A DNA stretch of 64,000 nt from the human T2T-CHM13v2.0 reference genome, Homo sapiens. Location of the stretch: NCBI RefSeq assembly GCF_009914755.1, contig NC_060947.1. One strand, written 5' to 3'. Under the pieces are notes generated by a model. It saw only the letters and a list, made by a program, of their open reading frames with translations. It was not told where the DNA came from and made no database searches. Each line of letters begins with the position of its first letter. The stretch's first letter is position 1. Shown here piece by piece: positions 37,727-50,800 of this stretch. A program made the position numbers and the translations under genes.

Positions 37727-39960
37727 CGCTGCCCGATCGCCTCGGAAGCCCCCTAGACCATCACAGATGCCGAGCTTCGGGTAACTCTCACAGTGGAAGG
37801 TAAGTGATTACCTTCTTAATCAATACGGAGGCTACGCACTCCACCTTACCTTCTTTTCAAGGGCCTGTTTCCCTTGCCTCCATAACTGCTGTGGGTATTG
37901 ATGGCCAGGCTTCTAAACCTCTTAAAACTCCCCAACTCTGGTGCCAACTTAGACAATACTCTTTTAAGCACTCCTTTTTAGTTATCCCCACCTGCCCAGT
38001 TCCCTTATTAGGCTGAGACACTTTAAATTATCTGCTTCCCTGACTATTCCTGGACTACAGCTAAATCTCATTGCCGCCCTTCTTCCCAATCCAAAGCCTC
38101 CTTTGCGTCCTCCTCTTGTATCCCCCCACCTTAACCCACAAGTATAAGATACCTCTACTCCCTCCTTGGTGACCGATCATGCACCCCTTAACGTCTCATT
38201 AAAACCTAATCACCCTTACCCCACTCAACACCAGTATCCCATCCTGCGGCACGCTTTAAAAAGATTAAAGCCTGTTATCACTCGCCTGCTACAGCATGGC
38301 CTTTTAAAGCCTATAAACTCTCCTTACAATTCCCCCATTTTACCTGTCCTAAAACCAGACAAGCCTTACAAGTTAGTTCAGGATCCTGGCCTTATCAACC
38401 AAATTGTTTTGCCTATCCACCCCATGGTGCCAAACCCATATACTCTCCTGTCCTCAATACCTGCCTCTATAATCCATTATTCTGTTCTAGATCTCAAACA
38501 TGCTTTCTTTACTATTCCTTTGCACCCTTCATCCCAGCCTCTCTTCGCTTTCACTTGGACTGACCCTGACACCCATCAAGCTCAGCAAATTACCTAGGCT
38601 GTACTGCCGCAAAGCTTCACAGACAGCCCCCATTACTTCAATCAAGCCCAAATTTCTTCCTCATCTGTTACCTATCTCGGCATAATTCTCATAAAAACAC
38701 ACGTGCTCTCCCTGCCAATTGTGTCCGACTGATCTCTCAAACCCCAGCACCTTCTACAAAACAACAACTCCTTTCCTCCTAGGCATGGTTAGCGCGGTCA
38801 GAATTCTTACACAAGAGCCAGGACCACACCCTGTAGCCTTTCTGTCCAAACAACTTGACCTTACTGTTTTAGCCTAGCCCTCATGTCTGTGTGCAGTGGC
38901 TGCCACTGCTTTAATACTTTTAGAGGCCCTCAAAATCACAAACTATGTTCAAATCACTCTCTACAGTTCTCATAACTTCCAAAATCTGTTTTCTTCCTCA
39001 TACCTGACGCATATACTTTCTGCTTCCCGGCTCCTTCAGCTATACTCACTCTTTGTTGAGTCTCCCACAATTACCATTGTTCCTGGCCTGGACTTCAATC
39101 CGGCCTCCCACATTATTCCTGATACCGCACCTGACCCCCATGACTGTATCTCTCTGATCCACCTGACATTCACCCCATTTCCCCAAATTTCCTTCTTTCC
39201 TGTTCCTCACCCTGATCACGCTTGATTTATTGATGGCGGTTCCACCAGGCCTAATCGCCACACACCAGCAAAGGCAGGTTATGCTATAGTACAAGCCACT
39301 AGCCCGCCTCTTAGAACCTCTCATTTCCTTTCCATCGAGGAAATCTATCCTCATGGGAATAACTTCTCAGTGTTCCATCTGCTATTCTACTACTCCTCAG
39401 GGATTATTCAGGCCCCCTGCCTTCCCTACACATCAAGCTCGAGGATTTGCCCCACCCAGGACTGGCAAATTAGCTTTACTCAACAAGCCCTGAGTCAGAT
39501 AACTAAAATACCTCTTAGTCTAGGTAGATACTTTCACTGGATAGGTAGAGGCCTTTCCTACAGGGTCTGGGAAGGCCACCACAGTCATTTCTTCCCTTCT
39601 GTCAGACATAATTCCTCAGTTTAGCTTTCCCACCTCAATACAGTCTGATAACAGATGAGCCTTTATTAGTCAAATCAGCCAAGCAGTTTTTCAGCCTCTT
39701 AGTATTCAGTGAAACCTTTATATCCCTTATGGTCCTCCGTCTTCAAGAAAAGTAGAATGGACTAAAGGTCTTTTAAAAACACACCTCACCAAGCTCAGCC
39801 ACCAACTTAAAAAGAACCGGGCAATACTTTTACCACTTTCCCTTCTCAGAATTCAGGCCTGTCCTCGGAATGCTACAGGGTACAGCCCATTTAAGCTCCT
39901 GTATAGACGCTCCTTTTTATTAGGCCCAGTCTCATTCCAGACACCAGACCAACTTAGACT
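37727..39960 (+). pseudogene. pol: HERV-H pro-pol remnant with internal deletions
   Basis: Protease FLINTEATHS (catalytic DTGA degraded to NTEA); RT motifs SPYNSPILPVLKP, LVQD, VLDLKHAFFTIPLHPSSQPLFAFTW; RNase H start (FIDG) near 39226; integrase QDWQI near 39457. Confidence 0.9.
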
Positions 39961-40534
39961 GTGCCCCAAAAAAACTTGTCATCCCTACTATCTTCTGTCT
40001 AGTCATACTCCTATTCACCGTTCTCAACTACTCATACATGCCCTGCTCTTGTTTACACTGCTGGTTTACACTGTTTTTCCAAGCCATCACAGCTGATATC
40101 TCCTGGTGCTATCCCCAAACTGCCACTCTTAACTCTTGGAGTAAATAAACAATCTTTGCTGGCAGGACTATGCCGAATCTCCTTAAGCACTCTCTAATTA
40201 GATGTCCTAGGTCCTCCCAATTCTTAGACCTTTTATACCTGTTTTTCTCCTTCTGTTATTCCATTTAGTTTTTCAATTCATCCAAAACCGTATCCAGGCC
40301 ATCACCAATCATTCTATATGACAAATGTTTCTTCTAACATCCCCACAATATCACCCCTTACCACAAGACCTCCCTTCAGCTTAATCTCTCCCACTCTAGG
40401 TTCCCACACCGCCCCTAATCCCGCTTGAAGCAGCCCTGAGAAACATCGCCCATTCTCTCTCTCCATACCACCCCCAAAAATTTTCACCGCCCCAACACTT
40501 CAACACTATTTTGTTTTATTTTTCTTATTAATAT

Positions 40535-40547
40535 AAGAAGGCAGGAA
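40535..40547 (+). other. Polypurine tract
   Basis: aagaaggcaggaa directly before the 3' LTR. Confidence 0.85.
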
Positions 40548-41020
40548 TGTCAGGCCTCTGAGCCCAAGCCAAGCCATCGCATCCCCTGTGACTTGCATGT
40601 ATACATCCAGATGGCCTGAAGTAACTGAAGAATCACAAAAGAAGTGAATATGCCCTGCCCCACCTTAACTGATGACATTCCACCACAAAATGGCCGGTAT
40701 TTATTTATTCCACTGGTAAATGGCCGGTCCTTGCCTTAACTGATGACATTACCTTGTGAAAGTCCTTTTCCTGGCTCATCCTGGCTCAAAAAGCACCCCC
40801 ACTGAGCACCTTGCGACCCCCACTCCTGCCCGCCAGAGAACAAACCCCCTTTGACTGTAATTTTCCTTTACCTACCCAAATCCTATAAAACGGCCACACC
40901 CTTATCTCCCTTCACTGACTCTCTTTTTGGACTCAGCCCACCTGCACCCAGGTGAAATAAACAGCCATGTTGCTCACACAAAGCCTGTTTGGTGGTCTCT
41001 TCACACGTACGCGCATGAAA
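40548..41020 (+). promoter_or_regulatory. 3' LTR7 (473 bp) with poly(A) signal
   Basis: Direct repeat of the 5' LTR; aataaa 40956-40961; 21 bp longer because of a 25-for-5 bp replacement at 40691-40715 and a 1-bp indel. Confidence 0.97.
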
Positions 41021-43523
41021 ATAAATACTTACAATAGACGAAGAAAATGCAACATATATGCGAAAAGAGTGTTAGAAGCATAAGACCAAAGAGAAAACTA
41101 CAAATATTAAAAACCATAACCAAGAGTACTTTCCTGAAATTAAAGAAGATTTGAAGTTACAAGTTACTTGAGACAATCAACCCTGAATGACCAATGTAAA
41201 GGTATATTCTAGCAAAAGTCTCATCTACTGAAAATAAAACATCTTTTGGGAATACAAGTAAAAGTATCAAACAAAAGGGTTTTAAAAATTAGATTACCAT
41301 TAGACTTGTTGACTACAATGCTTTAAACCAGAAATTCCTAAAGCAATTTAAGAAATTCAAAGAATTTGTGAAACACAATACAAATTGTTGTGAATATGCA
41401 AGAATTCAGGAAATACTACACCTACAAGTTTTTCCTCGATAATCTACTGAAGAATAAGCTTCACACTACCAAAAACAATATTAAAATGGCTGTGAGCATT
41501 AAGTATATTCAGTTACATGACGAAGGTTAAATAATGGTGATAAGGACAAATGGGTATATGTAAATGATGTTGGCTCTTCCAACTATGATATATTACAACT
41601 ATTTAAAATGGTGGGGAGAAGAAGTAGATTCAATGTTGAGAGTTTAGGGATATAGTTGGAATTTGGGGAAAGAGAGGAGAAGAAAAGAAAAGAGTTTTAG
41701 CTATTTTTAATAGTGCTTATTGTAAGAAATGAATAGAAGAAAGTATCTTGAAAGAAGAGATACTATATAAGGGAATAACATAATGGCAATTATTAGAACA
41801 AAAAGTAAAATCTTCCTAAATACCAACATTAATACCTAAGAGAAGGAGAGAGAGGGAGAGAAAGGAGGGTGGAGGGTACAAAAAACCGTCTAGAGAAAAA
41901 TTTTAGAGCTTGATGAAGAACAGAATCGAGACTAAATATATCACAGTTATTAATAAATACAAAAAATCATGACTCACAAATTAAAGGAACAATATGTTTT
42001 AGATTGACTAAAAAAGTAAAATCAAACCTACACTTTATACAAAGACACATCTAACATAAAGAAATTCAAAAGGTTAAAAATAAAAGATGCCAGTTTTCCT
42101 ACCAAACAAAAGTAAATGAAAAGAGAGTAACAGTCAAGAACTTGATAGCTAACAAGGTAGAATTCAGACTAAAAAGTAAGAGACAAATAAACACTTTAAA
42201 TCAGTAAGTTTACGATTCAGAATGATGAGGCATTAATATTTCTGCATATAATATAAAAACAAAATTTTCTATAAATAGGAACTATAGTTGGTATGAAGAT
42301 AAATAAACATAGACACACTAGTAATGGGATATATTAGTATGCCAATATCCAATTCACATGAAATGGACACAAATTTAGAAACTATAAAGAAGGTACAAAC
42401 AGCATAATCAATATCATATGGAAAAATATTATCCCTTGTGCCCTGAATTATAGAGAAGTTTTTGGAGTGCTTATAAAATATTTCTGAAAACTGACTACAT
42501 ATAAGGGTGCTGTAAAAATGTCAATAATTCTAAAAAATCAAAATGTTATAGTTGGAATTCTCTATTGTCATAAAACAAGAAAATATATATTTAAACAAAT
42601 TTTTACCTAAATATATTTAAAAACGTGCTAGCAAACAACTCTTAGGTCAAAGTAGAAATATAAAACATAATTGGAGAATTTCTTGTAAATATCAATAATG
42701 AAATACAGCAAAAGCCATTATCAGAAGAAAAATATGCAATTCAATACCTATATAAACAGAACTGAAAAAAAAATAAATAAATTACTCATGTTAAAAGACC
42801 AGAGAAAAAATGAAAAATAAACCAAAAGAAAAAATAATTAAGAAAATAATAATAAAATCAGATGTTAATGAGTTAGAAGATAGAAAACTGTAGAAATCAT
42901 ACATAAAAAGGCAAGCAAGCAAGCTAGTTCATTGGGAAAAAGTGCAAAAGATTGATAAATCATTAAGTAACCTAATAAAGCAGAGAAAGGAGCCACAAGT
43001 GCAGATAAGTAGAAGTGACAAGTGGAAAATAACTATCAATTATTTTACGTGAGACTATTTTGCATATATCTATGCAATTCCATTTTAAAATCTAGAAAAA
43101 TAAATAATTCCTTGAAAATATAGTTTACCAAATTTAAGTCAAAATAAAAATACGATACAGACCATTTTTCATAGACAAATAGAGACAGTTGTAAAGAATT
43201 CACCTGCAAAAAAGCACTAGACCTATATGGCTTCCCAGGGGAGTTCTACAAGACCTTTTAAAGATCTGCCCATCTTAACGCTTCCAAAACTATTAAAGAG
43301 CATGTAAAAAGAAAAAAAATCCAAATTCACTTTATGTAGCAAATATAATATTAATATCCAAATGAAAACTATAGTCTGGTATCACTTATAAATATTTGAT
43401 GCAAAATTCTTAAATAAAACATTAGCAAACAGAATCCAGAAACACATTGAAAAGTAACACATTATTTGGGATTATGTAACTAACTGGGGTTTATTTAGGA
43501 ATGTAGTGGTGGTTCAACATTAA

Positions 43524-43928
<405 letters not shown>

Positions 43929-44121
43929 AATTTTTAAAAATATTAAATTAAGTAGAAATCAATGGATACTTTAATACACATGGCATCAGCCCCCAAACCA
44001 GTATATTTCTCAGTTGGTAAACATCGGAGACTTCCCCCGTTAAAGTACATTCACTATCTGCAGCACTACTCAATTTGCATTAGATGCATTAGCCAGTGTA
44101 GTTGTAAAAGAGAAAGCAATT

Positions 44122-45600
44122 GGGATATCTGAATCATATAGTAGCTTTTTGGTTTTGTTTTTTTTTTTTGTTTTGTTTTTTTTGTTTTTTGAGGAACCTC
44201 CGTACTGTTCTCCATAGTGGTTGCACTAATTTAAATTCCTGTCAACAGTATATTAGGATAACTCTTTCTTCACATCCTCACCAACATTTGTTGCTGCTAA
44301 TCTTTTGGATAAAAGCCCTCTTAACTGGGGTGAGATGATATCTCATTGTAGTTTTGATTTGAATTTCTCTGGTGAGTAGTGATGTTGAGCATTTTTCCCA
44401 CATACTTGGCTATTTGTATGTCTTCTTTTGAAAAATGTCTATTCAGATATTTTGCCCAGATTTTAATCAGATTGGTTTTTTCCTGTTGAGTTGTTTGAGC
44501 TCCTTATATATTTTGATTATTAATCCCTTGTCAGATGGGTAGTTTGCAAATATTTTCTTCCCTCTGTTAGTTGTCGCTTCATTTTGTTGATAGTTTCCTT
44601 TGCTGTGCAGAAACTTTTTAGCTTGATGTGATCCTATTTATCCATTTTGATTTGGTCGCCTATTCTTTTGAGGTCTTACTCAAGAAATCTTTGCCCAGAC
44701 CAATGTCCAGAAGTGTTTACCCAATGTTTTCTTCTAGTAATTTCATAGTTTGAGGTCTTAGATTTAAGTGTTTAATCCATTTTAGTTTAATTTTTGTGTG
44801 GTGTGGCAAAAGATAGGGGTCAGGTTTCACTCTTCTGCATCTGGATATCCAGTTTTCCCAGCACTATTTATTGAAGAGATTGTCCTTTCCCCAGTGTATG
44901 TTCTGTTAGATGTATATCCAAAAGAAAGAAAATCATTATATTAAAGAGATATCTGCATTCCCATGTTTATTGCAGTGCTATTCACAAAGGCCAAGATGTA
45001 AAATCAACCTATGTACCCATCAATGGATGAATGGATAAAGAAAATGTGGTACATATACGTAATGGAAAATTATTCAGCCATAAAAAGAATGAAACCTGTC
45101 ATTTGCAACAATATAGATGGAGTTGGAGGACATTATATTAAGTGAAATAAGCCAGGCACAGAGAGACAAATATCTCATGTTCTCACTCATATGTGGGAAA
45201 AAGAAAAGAAAGAAAAAGAAAACGGAACTTATGGAGACAGAAACTAGAATGATCATTACCAGAGACTGGGAAGGGTAATGGGGAGGGAAAAATAGAATGG
45301 GGATGGTCAATGAGTATAAAAACACAGTTAGATAGAATAAATAAGATCTTGTATTCAGTAGCAAAATAAGGATGCTATAGTTAATAATTTATTGTATATT
45401 TAGAAATAACTAAAATAGTAGAATTAGAATATTCCTAACACAAAGAAATGATAACTGCTTAACATAATGGATACCCCAAATACCCCGATCATCACACGTT
45501 GTATGCCTGTATCAAAACATCATATATGCCCCATAAATATATACAGCTATCATGTGCCCATAATAATTAGAAATTAAAATTTTAAATAAATTTTAAAAAT
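44122..45600 (+). mobile_element. 5'-inverted (twin-primed) L1MA: 44122-44904 antisense, 44903-45600 sense
   Basis: Antisense part starts gggatatctgaatcatatagtagc; sense part starts ctgttagatgtatatccaaaag, the adjacent L1 position; approximate TSD aaagcaattg/agggcaattg. Confidence 0.85.
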
Positions 45601-46405
45601 AAAAAGGGCAATTGAAAATATAAGTCTAGAAGAGATAAAATTATGGGTATCTCTACTTTCAGATGATATGATCCTATAGCTGAAAACCCAAAAAGAAACA
45701 ATGCAAAATATTATAAATATTAAAAGAAATTAGTAAAGTAGCAATGTATAGTAAAGTTAACACATTGACCAAAACAGGCCTCATATATAAAACCAATCAG
45801 TTAGAAGATGTATAGGAAAAACAGACCATATTTACAACACTCATAAAATATTCATATGAACTTGACAGGTTGTACATAAAGCATAGGGTTTCTTAATTTA
45901 TGAGGAAGTGTATAAAATACGCCTGAAAACAAACAAGTAAACTTGAACAAGCTGATGACTTTACATTATAAACATGTAAATTATTCCCAAGTTAACTTAT
46001 AAAATTACTATCAGGTGTTTTGTGTGCTAGACAAGTTATTCGTACAGTTCATTTAGAAAAATAAATAAGCACAGATGTCCAGAAAATTTGCTAAAAGGAA
46101 GAACTGGACGGAGTGGGGCAGAAAGTGGCCAGCCATACCAAAATATAAAATATGGTATAATACCTTTCTACCAAAAACAGAGAGACTATGCAATAGAGAA
46201 CATTCTGAAGGAGACCCAAATACCTACTATCCAATGTAGTATATGCTGAGGCTAGTTTCTCAAATCAGTGAGAAAGAGAAGAATTTTTAATAAGTGATGT
46301 TTGGGCCACTTGGTAATATAAAAAATGATGGAACTGGATCCATTTTCTTCACACATTAGACCAGGATAAATTCCAAATAGATCTGATATCTATTTATTAA
46401 AAATT

Positions 46406-47020
46406 ACTCAGGCTCAGTGGCTCATACATGTCCTTTCCCCAATGTATGTTCTGCTAGGTGTGTATCCAAAAGAAAGAAAATCAGTATATCGAAGAGATAT
46501 CTTCACTTTCATGTTTATTGCAGTCCTATTCACAAAGGCCAAGATATAAAATCAAACTACATGTCCATCAATGGGTGAATTGATAAAGAAAATGTGGCAC
46601 ATATACACAATGGAAAATTTTCAGCCATAAAAAGAATGAAATCCTGTCATTTGCAACCATTTCCTTGCAAATGACATTTTGTTGCAACCATTTTGTTGCA
46701 ACCAAATGATATTTTGTTGCAAATGACAGGATTTCATTGGAATTACATGCTGAAATTCCAGTACTTTGGGAGACCGATGGGAGAGGATAGTTTGAGGCCA
46801 GGAGTTCAAGAACAGACCGGTCACCATAGCAAGAGCCTCTTTCTACAAAAAATTTTAAAAATTATCCAGGCATGGTGCCATGTACCTGTAGTCCCAGCTA
46901 CTTGGAAGGCCAAGGCGGGTGGGTCACTTGAGCCCAGGAGTTTGAGGATGCAGTGAGCTATTTCAGGCCACTGCACTCCAGCGTGGTAACCAAGCTAGAC
47001 GCTGTCTCTAAAAAAAAATT
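46406..47020 (+). mobile_element. AluJ split by a ~320-bp templated insertion
   Basis: Alu start caggctcagtggctcatac at ~46409, resumes tgctgaaattccagtactttgggag at ~46748, AluJ right arm tcacttgagcccaggagtttgagg. Confidence 0.9.
46429..46657 (+). repeat. Dispersed direct copy of 44881-45109 (L1MA inversion junction)
   Basis: Both are 229 bp, begin tgtcctttcccca(g/a)tgtatgttctg and end tgtcatttgcaac; about 10-12% diverged by eye. Confidence 0.92.
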
Positions 47021-47839
47021 AAACATTAAAAAATTGAAAAATGAAAACATTTGAGTATGAGAAGGAAACATTGGCAAATTTCAGTATAACCTGACAGTCA
47101 GAAACTCTTTACTATTAATAAAAATCCAAAAGCAATAAAATACTGAAAAATATTAAAATAAAAATGTGTACAAAAAAATAAGCAGAATTTTTCAAAATAC
47201 ATGACAGATAGGGAAATGTATTCTCAACATACCTAACAATGAGTTAATATCCCTATTATGTTAAAAGCTTTTGGAAATTGAGAAAAAATTTTAATTAATA
47301 GCAAAGATAGGAATAGTAGTTACACAGAAATATAAATATAGAAAGCCCTAAAGCATGAAAAGATGATCAACTTTGCCTATATTAAAAGAAATATCAAAGT
47401 GAGCAAAGTGATATTACGTATCATTTTTCACTTTACTGATTGGTAAAACACCAAAACTTCTACAACAAAGTCTATTGGTACTATAATCACTCACATATTA
47501 CTGATATTGAGTCGTAATACTATAAACTAGGTGAAGAAGAGTTTGACAATATCTAGCAAAATTTCATATATGCATTTTCCTATTGAACCAAGAATGCCAC
47601 TTGTAAGAGACAGCCCCAGAATACACTGCCAAATATATGAAAAGTCATGCGCAAGGCTATTCATTTCAACATTATTTGTAATATCAATGAACTGGTTGCA
47701 ACTCAAATTCCATTAATAAGTAATCAACTGAATAAAGTGTAATACATACACACAATGGAGTGCTATGCAGAGTTTGAAATTGAAATGAAGATTTCTTTTC
47801 TACTAAGGAGTGATCCCAGTGATATAATATTAAGAGAAA

Positions 47840-47950
47840 CACAGAAAGAAAAAGAGGAAAAGAATAAATAGATGGAGGGAGAGAGGAAGGAAGAAGGAAA
47901 AGAGGAAGGAAAGGAGGAAAGAAAGGAAGGGAGAAAGGAAGGGGAGGAGA
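47840..47950. repeat. Purine-rich (GGAA/GAAA) low-complexity tract
   Basis: Direct read. Confidence 0.85.
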
Positions 47951-48646
47951 CACTGATATGATATGCTACATTTGAGAAAGGGGACAGTGGATATAGGTAA
48001 TCGATGCATTAGGATTAGATTAATGGAAGTTCAATGATACAGAAATACTAAAAAAATTAAATTTATTTTTGAAAAAGATTACGTAGAGGGACTGGAGAAG
48101 ACAATAAGAGGGGATCAGATATGAAAGTTAAATATCTCAGAATGTACCCTTATTTAGAGTTTTGACTTTGAAATCATTTAATTCTTTTTCATAATTGAAG
48201 AAATAACTAAATAAAAAGTTAAAAGAAGAAATTCTTATAAGTCAAAAACAAACTAAAACAATGAACCTAATAATATACCAAATGGATGTCTTCACCTACA
48301 CAGGGAAAAATAATTTCAAGCAACCTTACAAAACAGTATTTTGAATGTAGATCCCTATATATGAAGATATATGAAGGGAAAATAATAAAAAATCTTCAAC
48401 TGTTTTTAGCTGTCTTATTGTTGATGATTATGTTAGTATTGCTGTTTTGAATCTCTTGTACATTGTAGGATAAAGCAAATAAGCAATACTGCTAATGTTG
48501 CGAATACTGATTTTTCATCATAAGAGAAGAGATAGAAATCAGACCAGTTAAGCAGAAGCCTTGCAATATTACATTTGAATAGGAAATATCAGTATGAGCT
48601 CATGATTTGTTTTTCTCTTTCTTATTTTAAAAATATATACTTTCTG

Positions 48647-48946
48647 GGCCAGGTGCAGTGGTTCACACCTGTAATCCCAGCACTTTTGGAGGCCAAGTAG
48701 GGCAGATCACTTGAGGCCTGGAGTCTGAGACCAGCCTGAGTAACATGGCAAAACCCCATCTCTACTAGAAATATGAAAATTAGCAGGGCGTGGTGACACG
48801 CCTGCAATCCCAGCTACTCAGGAGGCCGAGGCACAAGAATCGCTTGAACCCAGGAGACGGAGGTTGCAGTGAGCCGAGATCATGTCACTGCACTCCAACC
48901 TGGGTGATAGAGTGAGATTCTGTCTCAGAAAAATAAATAAATAAAT

Positions 48947-48977
<31 letters not shown>

Positions 48978-49005
48978 TATATATATACACACACACATAC
49001 ATACA
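48647..49005 (+). mobile_element. AluS with (AAAT)n/(CA)n/(TA)n compound tail
   Basis: Full dimer; TSD atatatact(t/g)tct. Confidence 0.95.
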
Positions 49006-49206
49006 TATATACTGTCTAGCTCTTTTCAATGAAAGGGACCAGAAGAAATGGCAGTGCTGTAGCAATGAACACCCCTAGATCCCAGATTGTGGTATTCAAA
49101 GACCATCTTTTATTAAAAGAGTTCCTTGAAGAAATTGTGTTTCCAGATCTGAGGAATAAAATATGCACAAAAGACCAAATGACTTCTCCAGTTAGAAAGT
49201 TAGGAA

Positions 49207-49518
<312 letters not shown>

Positions 49519-49966
49519 TTGAAAGTCAGGAAATTTTGAAAGATTACTGGTGTTGTTTCAAAAAGACACTACCCTGAGATGAGACAATTAGTTTATCACA
49601 AGGGATAATGACAATTAGTTAAAATACAGCAAATAAATAAAAGTCCATGCATTCATACTTACACTTTTAAAAATGATCATTGATCACTTCAGGAGATTGT
49701 TGTCACCAACTCATTATTTTGAAAATTGGCAAAAAGGAAAGAAGCATTTAGCCTGCCTTTCACATGTTAACAATTTCAAAAGATTGAAATCATTGATGAG
49801 GGAAAGTTTTTCTTTACAGATGAATTCCAGCTAATGAATTCGGAAGAAATAATAGAACTAAAAAATCACTATTTTGCAATACCTAATGAAATAATGGATA
49901 GGGGCAATAACCATAAATGGCTGCTATACTCTTTTGTTGAAATGTTGATTGCAAACTTTACGTTGG

Positions 49967-50344
49967 TGTTACAGGTTGAGTTGTATTCCCTCAAAATTCA
50001 TATCTCGAAGTCTTAGCGCCCAGTATCTATCAGAATGAGCTCTTATTTGGAATTAAGGTTGCTGCAGATGTAATTAGTTAGATGAGGTCATAGTGGAGTA
50101 GCATGAATCCCTAATCCAATATGACTGGTGTCCTTATAAAGAGGGAAGGTTTGGAAATTTGGAGAGACACACAGGGAGAACACCATGTGAAGGTGAAGGC
50201 TCAGATTGAGGTGATGCCTCTACAAGCCAAAAAATACTCAAGATTTCCAGAAAACCATAAGAAGCTAGGCGAAAGGCTTGGAACAGATTCTTTCTCACAG
50301 CCCTCAGAGGGAACCAAGCCTGCTGGTACCTTAATCTTGGACTT
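49967..50344 (+). mobile_element. MLT1B-like MaLR LTR, 3'-truncated
   Basis: tgttacaggttgagttgtattccctcaaaattcatat, ccctaatccaatatgactggtgtccttataaa, ggaacagattctttctcacagccctcaga. Confidence 0.85.
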
Positions 50345-50440
50345 AATTATCAACCAAGGATTTATACTCTGATAAACTACTCTTAAAAATGACCCTCAAA
50401 TAGATTTTCAAACAAAGAAAAAGTGACATATATTATTCAT

Positions 50441-50800
50441 AGTAATGTGCTGGTAAAATTTTAGCCACTGCCTGTGGAGAAGGGAGGTGTTACCAATATG
50501 AAGGTCACTGAACACAGATTTGGGAAGAGATTTGCATTAATACGACATTTTATAATATTTCCAACATGCAGATAAAATAGATATAAACAATCTCAAGACC
50601 ATAGATCATAGAAAAATCTAGTAAAATAATTCAGAAGATTAAGTTTTAAATATTTATGACCTTTCTTTTAAATACAATTGATTTAGTTGCAAGCGTACCT
50701 AACTCGAATGGCTGTGTTTTACAACCAGCTTGCAAAATTGCTGAAAATCTAGTAGTTGGCTCTTGTTAACTGATACACACCAGCTCATGCACAACACCAG
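50441..50800 (-). mobile_element. MER63B-like hAT-Blackjack element
   Basis: agtaatgtgctggtaaa start, aatggctgtgttttacaaccagcttgcaaaattgctgaaaat near the end. Confidence 0.7.

Larger units (their letters stand above)
35158..41020 (+). mobile_element. HERV-H provirus, common ~5.8-kb internally deleted form (LTR7-HERVH-int-LTR7), 5863 bp
   Basis: Two LTRs, perfect TSD ataaa (35153-35157, 41021-41025), tRNA-His PBS, gag/pro/pol remnants, polypurine tract, env largely absent. Confidence 0.98.

Noticed and set aside
37727-39960. Functional HERV-H protease/RT/integrase
   Set aside because: Catalytic protease Asp lost (NTEA), no YxDD motif seen, multiple stops, frameshifts and deletions.
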